From: Pseudogymnoascus verrucosus
Lineage: Eukaryota
Reading direction: 5' to 3' (one strand)
Length of the DNA stretch: 64,000 nucleotides
Assembly (NCBI GenBank): GCA_001662655.1
Contig: KV460254.1
Below, one piece after another: positions 10,735 to 23,000 of this stretch (position 1 is the first letter of the stretch; each line of letters starts with the position of its first letter). The position numbers and the translations under genes are program-made. The notes beneath the pieces are model-generated. The model made no database searches. It saw nothing but the letters and a program-made list of their open reading frames with translations, and was not told the origin of the DNA.

Positions 10735-13212
10735 ATGAGGGAGACGATCGTCATGCTCGGCAGTCTACCCGGGAGCCCTCTGGACGGGGAGCTCAGCCCA
10801 ACCTTCGACGACGACAACCATAATGGTGTCAGCCTCTTCGGCGAACCATCTGATATGCTCGAAAGCGGGGAAACTCAGCCTGCGGGGTTTGAGATACAAG
10901 AACTGCCATCCACCCCAGACGAATCTACGCCATATCCCATGAGCGACGACGAAGGGGGAATGCTGTCAGATGGCGGGGTTCAGCTGGATATCAGTCAAGC
11001 TCATACCGAGTCCGTTGATCTCGACACAGATATGGCTCCGCCCGAAGCCGAGGAAAACTCCAGTTTACTCTCAATTCCACAAATCCATGCCATCTCGGAG
11101 CATGAGTCCTCCAATATTGCCGTCGGATTAGAGTCAGACACCATGCAACCCTCGTGGCCACAGGAACCCGGCCCTGGTGCCAGTGCGGTGGCTTATCAGA
11201 TTTCAAACTTATTAGATGAGATATCAGGCTTAACACAACAAATACAGCATACTCAGCACGAGCATCCAGAACTGCAGCATATAGAGCAACAACTTCATGA
11301 CCTGCAACAACTTCAAACCTTGCAACACATCCAAGGCATGCAAGAGCAAGGCGAACAACCAACGGTACCACACGGGGCGGCTTATGACCAAGGTAATTCA
11401 CTTCTTTTTTATTGTCCTGTGCTTTTTGCTCCTTCCTCCAGTACTGGAAGCCAACTTGTCCATGCAGGTTCGATGCCTGCCGTATCCATGCCTCTCAACG
11501 CGGAAGACTTGGGTGCCGTCTCATCACTCTTGGAACCTGGTGGCCAGGCTTTAACTCATATTTCGCACGTTTCTCCACCAGTGAATACTTCAACACAGTC
11601 TGGTATTGCTGGCATCTTTGAGGTCATGAATGGCGTTGATATACCTTTCAATGTTCCTCCAGCTAATGTCGCACAAGTCGAAGTTTCACATGACAACATG
11701 ACGCTATCCGACTTCCTGTTCCGCTGGAGCCTCACTATCAGATCCGAATCGAGGAAGGCAAACAGAGGTCCTCGATTAGAGCGTTTGCGCGAGTTCGGAA
11801 CATCCATGCCAACTGAAATCCGAAGGACGGATTTGCGAGGCGAAAGGTGTGATATCCAGGGGATAAACTGGAAAAAACTGGAGGTCAAGCGACGAGACGC
11901 CAGGAGGATGCGGATCGCGAGTTATAAAAACTTTCACAACTTAACCCCGCCACCCTGGCTGCCACATGTTCTCAGCGACTCGTGTATCCAGGACGACAGC
12001 GAAGATTTCTTCAAGTTTCGCCGGATGAATTTTAAGCACAAGATGGACCTCCCTCACTTTCAATTACGGAACCTTGTTGCCTGCACCTCCAGGAACAACG
12101 TTTTCCTGACCGGATCATATCGCGTGATCCAGACAAATCCCAATTACGGACAGCGTTGCATTGCAATGAACCTTTCCGAGCCAGAAGTGCAGCGTACGCA
12201 CGGGCCGGCCTGGGGTGGCGTTCAAATATCGACTCTTGCTGCCAACCATGGTGTTCTCATTGCCGGCGGCTTTCATGGCGAATATGGCATGAAGGCATCA
12301 AGTCGACCGGAGTCCAAGCACATCGAGGGACTTGTTGTAGATCATCCGAACTGCATAACAAATCACATCCAAATCAACCTCAATCGGCAGAGCGGTCTTC
12401 CCCAAGCCGTCATCGTTTCAAATGATAACGGAATCCGCACATTAGACTGCACCACCAATAAGTTCACAAGGTACCACCACTATGAACATCCCATCAACTG
12501 CTCAGCCCAGAGCCCGGACCACCGACTTCGAGTGCTTGTCGGAGACAGTTGCGATGTTATGATCTGCAATGCGGAAACAGGAGAAATTCTTCAGAAGCTC
12601 GAAGGGCATTGTGACTACGGATTTGCCTGCGACTGGGCGGATAACGGATGGCACGTCGCAACCGGACACCAGGACAAACTAGTCAAAATCTGGGATGCCA
12701 GGATGTGGAAAACAAGCCACGGAGAGGCTAATCCATTGGCAACAATTTCCTCAACAATGGCCGGCGTACGGAGCTTGAAATATTCCCCATTAGGGAGCGG
12801 AAAGAGGGTGCTGTTAGCATCGGAACCTGCAGACATCATCTCAGTCATCGATGCTGAGACATACGAGTCAAAGCAGACGCTCGATCTGTTTGGAGAAATT
12901 GCTGGCACCGCCTTCTCCCCAGATGGGCAAAGCATTTTTGTCGGCGTACACGACAACTCTAGAGGTGGGCTCATGGAGTTTGAGAAGTGCGGATTTGGTC
13001 GATCATACGAACATGAAAGCATTTTCCGGAAACGAGATCGCGAGGTTGACATGTATGATAGTGAGGAGGTCGATGAGGACATGGAAGATATGGCGGCCGG
13101 GCTAGACTGGAAGAGATCAATGGCGGATGTGGTTGCTAATCCCAAATCTAAACGCACCGCAACGCATCGACGGAGACGAGCAGCCAGACTGGGGGACCTA
13201 GAGGCTTACTGA
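10735..13212 (+). CDS. WD40-repeat protein (DUF2415-like) with acidic low-complexity N-terminus
   Basis: Long ORF; HFQLRNL, LIAGGFHGEY, GHCDYGFACDWADNGWHVATGHQDKLVKIWD, LASEPADIISVID, LFGEIAGTAFSPDG. Confidence 0.85.
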   Translation: MRETIVMLGSLPGSPLDGELSPTFDDDNHNGVSLFGEPSDMLESGETQPAGFEIQELPSTPDESTPYPMSDDEGGMLSDGGVQLDISQAHTESVDLDTDMAPPEAEENSSLLSIPQIHAISEHESSNIAVGLESDTMQPSWPQEPGPGASAVAYQISNLLDEISGLTQQIQHTQHEHPELQHIEQQLHDLQQLQTLQHIQGMQEQGEQPTVPHGAAYDQGNSLLFYCPVLFAPSSSTGSQLVHAGSMPAVSMPLNAEDLGAVSSLLEPGGQALTHISHVSPPVNTSTQSGIAGIFEVMNGVDIPFNVPPANVAQVEVSHDNMTLSDFLFRWSLTIRSESRKANRGPRLERLREFGTSMPTEIRRTDLRGERCDIQGINWKKLEVKRRDARRMRIASYKNFHNLTPPPWLPHVLSDSCIQDDSEDFFKFRRMNFKHKMDLPHFQLRNLVACTSRNNVFLTGSYRVIQTNPNYGQRCIAMNLSEPEVQRTHGPAWGGVQISTLAANHGVLIAGGFHGEYGMKASSRPESKHIEGLVVDHPNCITNHIQINLNRQSGLPQAVIVSNDNGIRTLDCTTNKFTRYHHYEHPINCSAQSPDHRLRVLVGDSCDVMICNAETGEILQKLEGHCDYGFACDWADNGWHVATGHQDKLVKIWDARMWKTSHGEANPLATISSTMAGVRSLKYSPLGSGKRVLLASEPADIISVIDAETYESKQTLDLFGEIAGTAFSPDGQSIFVGVHDNSRGGLMEFEKCGFGRSYEHESIFRKRDREVDMYDSEEVDEDMEDMAAGLDWKRSMADVVANPKSKRTATHRRRRAARLGDLEAY

Positions 13213-13753
13213 ACTGGAGTTATACATACGGGAGGCGACGCAAGGGAGAAGGCGCCGATCGTTACTGACAATAACGGTTTGGGCGATACGATTCTACGAC
13301 ACAATCATTTTTCGCGATATCACAATCATTTTAATCAAGGGCGCTTCAAGGGGATGATACCAGGGAAAGGCATGGACATATACGGGGTGGTGGTTGGTGA
13401 GGCTTAGCATTTTCCGGCGTTTTCAACAACTGGAGCACAATGGCCAAAGGAGCCCAAAGCATGGGCTACTTGCTATTGTTCTCTACATGGGATATTTTGA
13501 TTCGACGGGGATAAAATAACTCACTTAAAATAATATCAATTTATGACGAGTAACTTTTCTACTATTTTGCTCTTGATATAGAAATTAAATGTCTTGCCTG
13601 ATATGTTAGGTGTGATGTCGGCGGCGTCTTCCCGACGGGGTAGGATCACAAAGTATGGTCTAGTTGCACCCCGTTTTGCTTGTACACACCCGCATCGTGA
13701 CCAAAGTCGCGCCCACTCTCCTTTTAGTGATTGTTCTTTCTTATTCATAGTCA

Positions 13754-16700
13754 ATGCGTGCCTCTGCTCTTTCACTGGTCAATTTGACTGTTCGCAATTC
13801 GCTATATATACGGCCAGCTCTCCGGAGGTTCCCAATTCAACGGCGCGGCCTCACCAATAGCAACCTGCCCTATCGAGCTCTTTCCAAGACAACGTATGTA
13901 GACAGAAGCTAGCCCTGCTACTGCCCGGTACCCCGCGCCCACCCAACTAACAGAGGACAGGACAACATTACCTTCCAACCGGCCACAACTTTCAAATACC
14001 AGGAATATAATCAAAGCAACCTCGGCCAGACACTGCTCCTACCGACGTCACGAAATGTGCAAACTACACGGAGAAGCCGCTGTGGGAAGTGTTGTGGACG
14101 TTACACAGGGAAGAGAGATCTTGCCTGGGAATGTGATCCCAAGACATTACCATTTGACTCTCGAGCCAAACTTGAAGGACTTCACCTATGAGGGGCATGT
14201 CATTATCGACCTGGACGTCGTGGAGGACACCACCTCGGTCTCACTCAACACCCTGGAGCTGAATATCAAGAGCACAAAGGTGATCTCTGGGGACCAGACG
14301 ATTACGTGAGGACCCCGCATTGTCTGTTTACTCTCTTTTGCACTGTAACTGACCATTCTGCCCTCTAGCTCGTCCCCCGAACTATCATACAATGAATCCA
14401 CACAGACGACCAAGGTTGCGTTCAAAGAGGTCATCCCAGCTGGCAGCAAGGCACAGCTCGAGATGACCTTCACGGGCGAGCTTAACGACAAGATGGCTGG
14501 CTTTTATAGATCGTCATACAAGAATAAGGATGGATCGACTGGCATACTCGCAACCTCTCAAATGGAGCCCACGGATGCCAGGAGGGCCTTCCCATGTTTC
14601 GATGAGCCGGCGCTGAAGGCTGCCTTCACCATTACGCTTATTGCGGACAAGAACCTTACCTGCCTGAGCAACATGGATGTTGCCTCGGAGAAGGATATCA
14701 CGTCGGAGGTTACCAAGACCACTAAGAAGGCTGTCACCTTCAACAAGTCGCCATTAATGTCCACATACCTGTTGGCCTTCATTGTTGGAGAGCTGAACTA
14801 TATCGAGACCGACAAGTTCAGACTGCCAGTTCGTGTCTACGCTCCCCCTAACCAGGACATCGAGCACGGCCGATTCTCCCTGGAGCTGGCTGCCCGCACT
14901 CTGGAGTTCTACGAGAAGACCTTTGACAGCGAGTTCCCACTACCAAAGATGGATATGGTTGCCATTCCAGATTTCGCTGCTGGCGCTATGGAGAACTGGG
15001 GTCTCATCACCTACCGTGTCGTTGATGTGATGTTCGACGAGAAGACCAGCGGTGCTGCTACCAAGGAGCGTGTCGCCGAAGTTGTCCAGCACGAGCTTGC
15101 TCACCAGTGGTTCGGAAACTTGGTTACCATGGACTTCTGGGATGGACTGTGGCTCAACGAGGGATTCGCTACCTGGATGTCGTGGTACTCGTGCAACATC
15201 TTCTTCCCAGAGTGGAAGGTGTGGCAAGGATATGTTACCGACAACCTCCAAAGTGCCCTTGGCCTTGATTCGCTTCGCAGCAGTCATCCTATCGAGGTCC
15301 CTGTCAAGCGCGCCGACGAGGTTAACCAGATCTTCGATGCCATTTCGTACTCGAAGGGTTCTTGCGTTCTGCGCATGATTTCTACTTACCTCGGTGAGGA
15401 CGTATTCATGGCGGGCATCAGACTTTACCTCAAAGAGCACGCCTATGGCAACACCCAAACTGGTGATTTGTGGGCTGCGTTGAGCACCGCCAGCGGCAAG
15501 GATGTCCGCAAGGTTATGGACATCTGGACTAAGAACGTTGGATACCCTGTCATCACCGTGACCGAGAATGACGACAAGAGCATTCACGTAAAGCAGAACC
15601 GCTTCCTTCGCACAGCCGATGTGAAGCCAGAGGAGGACCAAATTCTCTACCCTGTCTTCCTCAGCCTTCGCACCAAGGATGGCATTGATGAGACCCTCAC
15701 CCTCACTGAGCGCGAGAAGTCTTTCCCCCTTGCCAACAACGATTTCTTCAAGCTTAACGCCGACCACACCAACATCTACCGCACATCTTACACGCCAGAG
15801 CGTCTTAAGAAGCTCGGCGAGGCTGCCAAGGGTGGTCTCCTGACTGTCGAGGACCGTGCTGGTATGATTGCAGATGCTGGTGCACTTGCGACTTCCGGAT
15901 ACCAGAAGACTTCTGGTGTCCTGAACTTGCTTAAGGGCTTTAACAGCGAGACCGAGTTTGTTGTGTGGAATGAAATCATCACGAGACTTGCTGCCATCCA
16001 AGGCGCATGGGTCTTCGAAGACCCGAAGGTCAAGGAGTCGATCGAAATCTTCACCAGAGAGCTCGTGAGCGAGAAGGCCCACAAGGCCGGCTGGGAATTC
16101 AAGGAGTCTGATGGTCACATTGAACAGCAGTTCAAGGCCATGCTCTTTGGTAGCGCTGGTCTTGCCGGCGACAAGGTTATCATTGACGCGGCAAAGGACA
16201 TGTTTGCCAAGTTCTCCAAGGGTGACCACTCTGCCATCCACCCCAACATTCGTGGTAGCGTCTTCGCCATGGTCTTGAAATACGGCGGTGTCGCGGAGGT
16301 AAGCTTTCTAACCCCCATCCCAAACCAGTCCATAACTAACCAAAATAGTACGACACCATCCTGGGCGTCTACCGCAACTCGGTCAACACCGACGAGCGCA
16401 ACACCGCCCTCCGCTCTCTCGGCCGCGCCAAGAACCCCGAGCTCATCCAGCGCTCCCTCGCCCTCTCCATCAGCGACGAGGTCAAGGAGCAGGACATCTA
16501 CATGCCCATCAGCGCGCTTCGCACCCACCCCGACGGCATCAACGCGCTGTTCGAGTGGATGACGGTGAACTGGGACGAGCTTGCCCGCCGCCTCCCGGCA
16601 GGCCTCTCCATGCTCGGCTCCATGGTCTCGATCTGCACATCCAGCTTCACGAGCCTGGAGCAGAAGGCGAAGGTTGAGGCGTTCTTCGAGGAGAGGAGCA

Positions 16701-16843
16701 CCAAGGGCTTTGCTATGGGATTGGCGCAGAGCTTGGACTCTATCCATGCTAAGAGCAGCTGGTTGGAGAGGGACCGCGAGGATGTCGCGAAGTGGGTTAA
16801 GGACAATGGGTATACCGCTCCTACGGTGAAAAGCGAGCTTTAA
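13754..16843 (+). CDS. APE2: M1 family alanyl aminopeptidase (aminopeptidase 2); introns ~13894-13960, 14306-14368, 16299-16348; second in-frame ATG at 14055
   Basis: GAMEN exopeptidase motif, HELAH-x18-E (WLNEG) zinc motif, YSKG; ERAP1-like C-terminal domain after the last intron. Confidence 0.93.
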
Positions 16844-17248
16844 ATTTGGGTAGGTCTTTGAAGGCCCCCCGTATAGGGGGGTCTTGGATGCGGCGTCAGG
16901 GTGAACTACTATAAGGAAGGTCACGTTTGGCATAGATGCGGTGGATTTCGCAAGCTATTTAAGCTAGTTAGTATTTATTTATAATGGGAATCTTCTCTCT
17001 GGGGATCAGGTGGATTAAAATATATCGTTTGAGTGGGGTTGAGATTGATAGCTGATAGCGCTCGGCCCTCGCCGGGACTGAGAAGACTACTGCTAGATTA
17101 TTATGCCCATCCATTTGTTTAGCCCTTTTAACCCTCGACGAATTAAATCCCGACAGAAATTATTGTCATGCCCTAGCCATGACCAGTTCCCTTGCTCCAA
17201 TTAACACCGTGCAAACGCCTCTAACGACGCATATCCGAGGAGCAACAG

Positions 17249-19286
17249 TTAATCCAGACGCGTAATCTTCAGGATATCGTGTCTGTGAAAGAAGCTCCTG
17301 TTTCGCTTCCCAAAGATGTCTAGAGGGGAGGAGAGGAGGGTTAGCTTTGAACTCGGCGCTGTGAGTTTGATGGGAGGACGGGGGGAACTTACACATTGGG
17401 ACGCTGAGCAGGCAGACGACGACTTGCACGGTCGAGATGACCATAAACACATATCGCGTGTCGTTGGTGCTCACCCACTTGAAGGCCATGAATGTGAGCC
17501 CGAAACTGAAGAAATTCTTAAAGATGAGGAGGCACGTGAATGCCTCGATGGCGATGTTACCTAAGGCGATGCGTTAGCAAGCTCGTCGCCAGCGGTTGAG
17601 TGAATGACGGGTGTGAAAAAAAAGGGGGTACCTACGATGCGCATCAATGATATAAAGCGAGCTCGCCACCGCTCCCACCACCATCCCCATAACCTCCAAA
17701 CAGTAAAAGAAAACCGCCCACGCCCAATGAAACCTCGTCAAATCCGTCGCCACGATCCCGAACCCGTATAGACCCGCACACCCAAACACCAGCTGCGGGA
17801 TCACCAGCACGATCCTGAATTCCGGCTCATAAATCCCCCCATTGCGCCTTGTCATGAACTTGGCGCTCCAGTCCGCCAGCGCGCCTGCGATCAGGAAGCC
17901 GATTAAAGCCCCGATGAAGGGGCCCGTGTACGCGTACCCGCTCTCGACTTCGCCCCAGTAGTTGGGCGCGCCGAGGAAGATGGAGGCGACGAGGATGCCG
18001 ATGAAGATGGTCCAGCCGATCAGGGTGCCTTGGATGAGGCAGGCCCAGAGGATGGCGGGGTGGAAGAAGAGGGGGAAGGGACGGAGGAGGATCTTGAAGA
18101 AGTTCTCGTCGGTGTAGGTCCCGTTGAAGGGCTTGAGGGATTGGATGTAGGTGCGCTTGGGGGTGTCGGCGCCGGGGTAGAGGTAGGGTGGTATGGCTGC
18201 TTCTGTTGAGGCGGGGGTGTCGTCGGATTTCTCGTTTTCGTTGCCGTTGGTGCCGCTGCCGCTACCGTCGCCATTCGTTGTGGTACGTTCTAGGCCGGAG
18301 TTGAGGGTCACATCTTGAGTGCTTTCACTGGCTGCTAGCATGTCTGTGTTTAGGCGCGGGTCGCGTCGGTATGCCGTCTCTGGGACAAAGAATATTATTC
18401 CTGGGAGGCACAGCGCGCAGAATATGGCTACGAAATTGAAAATCCACGGCACGCCCATGTTGTTTGAGATCTTACCCGCGAGGATGGGGGTGAAGAATGC
18501 ACCGCCGAAGAGGGCAAAATTCATTAGTGCCATACGCTTGCCGCGTTCCTGTTACCATCGTTAGCTCAAGACACCCATTGGTTAGGGGAAGGAGTTGAGG
18601 TTCATACATGAACGAAATACAGATCTCCCACGATTGCGTTGATGAGAGCCTCGAAGGGCGCATTGGCAACGCCCTGAAAGATCCTGGCCCATAGCATACT
18701 CGTATAATTCAGCCCGGCGGCGCCAGCCCAGGCACTCGAGGCAACCAGCAGTATAGTCCCAAAGATTAGCAAGTGCCTCTTGCCCCATTTCCTCGCCGAG
18801 GGCACGAAGAAGGTTCCAGCGAACCCAACCCCCAACAGGAAATATCCTGTCAGGAGAGCCCCATCTGTGACTGTTCTTCCATATTTTTCTGAGATCGACA
18901 AGGTATTCGCAGCTAAGATGGGACCTAGTGCCGTTGCGAAGATTGCCGTCAGGGACAATACCAACATTATCACATCGCGTTTCCACAGCGGCCAATTCTG
19001 CGCTTATCATTAGCTTTGAAAGCTACCCCGCGGATTGTCCAAGCCATACCAGAGGATCATTCGGGTCATCGCTGGGTTGCGGAACGAGAATAATCGGATC
19101 TGCTCCACTTGTATCGCACTTGAGATGGGATACATCTTCTCGACCGGCTTCCTGCGGATGTGGCTTATCGAAATATCTAGTGGTGCCTTTACCGCATCAT
19201 CAGTTCTAGATATCTATAGTGGAGGTGTAAATGCGCATACCCGGAACATGGTCCATCACCTTATCTTCCAGAATCCAGAGACCCAT
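17249..19286 (-). CDS. MFS transporter (DHA1/HOL1-like), multi-exon
   Basis: Start MGLWILEDKVMDHVPG; LVPQPSDDPNDPL.W motif, KWGKR, WARIFQG, GDLYFVH-ERG, FFVPETAYRR, YEPEFR; multiple hydrophobic helices. Confidence 0.88.
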
Positions 19287-20238
19287 CTTGCCGCGTCTAC
19301 ACAAAAGCTTCCTTCCTCGAGTTTCTGTCGAAGAGCTGGTCGGGTATGGTGATCAAGGCGGTATCGGAGCATAAGGGAAAATAGGCAGAGAGCAGCGCCG
19401 ACCGCCTGCGCACTGCGTCTCCTTTTGAAGCTGTGCGAAAGCCGTGTGATGAGATTGATCATCCGTCGGCCATCAAGGGCGGCGAAGACAGCTGTAGCAC
19501 TGTTGAGGCATTGACGACTAACCGCTTCTGGACCGTGCTCACCTAAATGTCTGTCAAGTATTACATCGATTGGACCTTAACTCCGATGGGATCCCTTACC
19601 TCAGCCGATTTAGAAATAAGAGCGTTTATCAACATTTCTCAATGTCTCGATTGTTTACCTTACATCGACCTTACATTAGTGCTATGTTGGCTTTTCTAAG
19701 TTTCCCATCAGTGGCCGTTTTGTCACCTGTGTTACCGTACTACCCCAGGTTCCCCAGAGTTGCTAGAAGGTAGCGGCCGAGCCTTGTCACTTGTCACTGT
19801 AAGTAGTTTAGCGGCCAGCCTGTCAACATTCAAGGGAAAATCACGTCGCACCTTGCTTTATAAGAATCAAATACCCCTTAAAATATATATGTTGTAATCA
19901 TATCCCCAATTATGCAGACCTACCCTTTCTCAGTAATTCATAGTGTATCACAGCAGCAAATGACAATGGTTGAGATGTAAGACTTCGGGGGGCCGAGACC
20001 ACCGAATTTCGGGAGGGGATGTCGCACCCGTCCAATTATGGCCCAGCAAAAACAGTAAGACGACCTTACTGTACTGACTAGACCCTGCACCCCTCTGTTT
20101 AGCCGTGCCTGGATGGTCCCTCAATATCCAAATTGACCTCATCTCTTCAATTGAACGTCTCCAACTCCATCTCACCACTCTCCTGCGATCGCAACCTCTA
20201 CCACTAAAACTCATACAGCTCACTAGCCACCTTCCAAC

Positions 20239-20819
20239 ATGCGCGCCTCCGCCGTCATCGCCCTCGCGGCACTCATCAGCGTCACCGCCGCAGCAGGCGG
20301 TGTTCCGGACTGTGCTGTAAGCCCCCCTTGCGCCAGCAGACAGACAAATACATTCTAACCTGTGGTCCCTCCCAGAAACCTTGCGTCACCCAGTTCACAT
20401 CCGGCTCCAGCATCGCCGGCTGCAACAACCTCAACACGAACTGCATCTGCAGCAACAAAGACTTCCTCAGCAACATCGCCTGCTGCCTCATCGACAAATG
20501 CGACGAGGCCGGCCGCAACGCCGCCATCGCCTACGCGAAGTCCATCTGCGCCACCGCTGACCCGCCAGTCGAGGTTCCGTCCGAGGTCGTCTGCAACTCC
20601 TCCTCCTCCTCCAGCAAGGGGACGGCGGCAACGACGGGCGCCTCTACCACCGGCGGCTCTACGACTGGGGGAACTACGCAAGCTCCTACTACGGGGACTA
20701 CCTCAACACCAACATCGGCGGCCCAGACTTCAAGCAGCTCAGGCGCCGCGATGGTGAATATGGGGAGCAGCGGGATGGGATTGGCTGGTGGCTTTGCGGC
20801 GGCTTTGGTGCTCCTGTAA
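20239..20819 (+). CDS. Secreted GPI-anchored CFEM-domain protein; intron ~20317-20376
   Basis: Signal peptide MRASAVIALAALISVTAAA; CFEM cysteine pattern PDCA-KPC...GC...CIC...CC...C...IC; Ser/Thr-rich stalk; SSGAA followed by hydrophobic C-terminus. Confidence 0.9.
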
Positions 20820-21149
20820 ACAGTGCTTCTGTAAATATGGAGGGGTGGTAATGCGGTGCACGCGGTGCACGCGGTCAAGTTCCTGTAGGACACCGTGTGA
20901 CGTTCGGATGCGGGGTATTAGCGATTGTTTTGTGGTGGCTGCGATGTGAAGTTGTTTGTCTTCGTGGTTTACTATGTGGGATATTTAATAATAGTCCATG
21001 TGTGGTTAATATTCAAGTCGATAGCTTAAGCCGTCTTTAGTATTTATTCCAATGGCATGTTTCATCACCTGCGCCCGAAGAATGAAAAACCTGCTTGCTT
21101 CCACCAAGACTTTAGTAAATGAAGACGTGCACCGGAGAATGCCATGGTC

Positions 21150-21370
21150 GATGTTTCGAAACCACTAAGGCAGCATATGATACTTTCCAATCCGAACAGC
21201 GCCAAAAAAACGCGTCATAGGATGCCACAGACGATGTTTGAACCTAAAAAAGTAGCATGTGATACTTTCCAATTCAAACGTTGCCAGAAACGCGTCATGG
21301 TTGTTTGATGTTTCGAAACCACGCAAATAGCATGATGCTTTCTAATCCGAACGTCCACAGAAACGTGTTA
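21150..21370. repeat. Degenerate tandem repeat, ~75-85 bp unit, 3 clear copies with weaker echoes to ~21540
   Basis: GATGTTT(C)GAA...AGCAT...GATRCTTTCYAATYCRAAC...AAACGYGTYA recurs at ~21150, 21233 and 21307. Confidence 0.75.
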
Positions 21371-22270
21371 GTTAGTGTCTTGGGCAACGCTTAGAAGCCA
21401 CTCGGCGACATATGATAAAACCTCTCAACCCAAACGCCACCAATGAGGACCACCAATGAGAATCTAGGCCATCTCATAGATTCAAGAAACCAGTTTGATA
21501 GCAAATAATCTCATCCCAACCCAAACGCGGAGACGCGTCAGTAATAACTTGGTGTCACTCTCGTGCAACGCGTTATCCTCGAGCCCGTCACACCGTTGAA
21601 ATAGCAACAAAGCTAAGCTCTCACGCCAGTGTCAGCGCCGAGGTCCCCCTCGCTTCAAGACCTACACACCGCAGCATTCCGATCAACTCGCACAACCTCC
21701 TGCAGTCCTGGCACCCCGTCTCACACCGCCCGCCCCCATTGCACAGCCCCGATGTCGTGCCTACCAACCAAGCACACGGCCAGCCGCAAGCAACTGCTAT
21801 TCTGGCCATGCCACGGCCGATCACGCATCGCCGACAGCTTGTCATGCTCCGGTAAGCGCTATCGTCGCTGGCAATATAGCCTTTCTGGCCCGTCATGCAG
21901 CAATGGTGGGGCAATGAGGGTCTCTGCAATAGAGAGGGTAGGGATGGAGGGGTCAGGCATACGCAGGCGCATACGTAGAGTGGGAGAGATTGATTCCGCC
22001 GCTTCGGGCGCTTGATCGTCGTCGTTGCAGCGGTGGTGGTGGGAGGGTATGTCAGGGCTTTATCAAGGTCCCTACGCGAGGCAATGCAGCCGCGGCTGAC
22101 GGATCACTGACTGGGCGCCATGCTATAATATGATATGATGATGGCATGCAGGGACTCCATGCGGCCGTCTCCCAAAGCGTGTCGGCGGCGGTGGGAAGCG
22201 GCAACATGCCTGCTGCGGGATGGTTATATGCCAGCGGTGTTATCGGCCTGATGCTCGTGGTTCTGGGGGC

Positions 22271-22402
22271 GGGAGGGACAGAGCTGGACGGGATCGGCTT
22301 TTGGGTAATTGATTTGATGAGACCCTGCGAAGTACTATCCTCGGGAGGGACGGAGCTGGACGGACCGGCTTTTGGGTAATTGATTTGATGAGACCCTGCG
22401 AA
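22271..22402. repeat. Near-perfect direct duplication of ~61 bp
   Basis: GGGAGGGACRGAGCTGGACGG...CGGCTTTTGGGTAATTGATTTGATGAGACCCTGCGAAG occurs twice, about 10 bp apart. Confidence 0.85.
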
Positions 22403-22951
22403 GCATCATCCCCGGTAGTAAATTTCGGCAGAGCGGGCGGATGATGTAGATGGACGTCGCTGCGTTTTCACTTTTCGCTTTTCACGCTATGTATACACTT
22501 GCCGTGCGTGGATCTGCACTGCGATTCTTGGACTGGGCTGTTATTGCATGCTCGGTGGTGGATAGGGGCAATATAAATTCGGCACATCATGATATGTCTG
22601 CTGTCTATCGTATTGTGGTATTATTGTATGTATTGCTGTAATTGTACTATAGCTGTACTATAACCGTGCTATAACAACGGTGATGTCCGGGGATTGGCAT
22701 CAGTGCCATCAGTGCGAAAGTAGGTAGAGTGGAGGTGAGAGTGAGAAGAGTCCCGAAGAGCACTGTGGGTGTCTCTACATACTGCACTTGTACCATAATG
22801 TTCTCCCAGCTAAAGTGGATTGGGTGAAAGTTGCGTCAGAGCGGCAACGTGATAGAGGACGCTTTGGCCAACGGTACGTTCGGGTACATACTTGAAACGA
22901 TACTACTATGCTTTGAGAGACTCGCTTTGGCCTTTTTGTGAGCACTTCGAC

Positions 22952-23000
22952 GCAATCTGAGCAAATATCTAATCTGAGCAATCTGAGCAATCTGAGCAAT
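22952..23000. repeat. 9-bp microsatellite (GCAATCTGA)n
   Basis: About four copies visible. Confidence 0.7.

Noticed and set aside
16863..16882. CCCCCC-GTATA-GGGGGG hairpin after the APE2 stop
   Set aside because: Resembles a bacterial terminator but the locus is eukaryotic and there is no U-tract; probably incidental
14940..16933. 433-aa and 272-aa minus-strand ORFs
   Set aside because: Antisense to the strongly codon-biased APE2 gene
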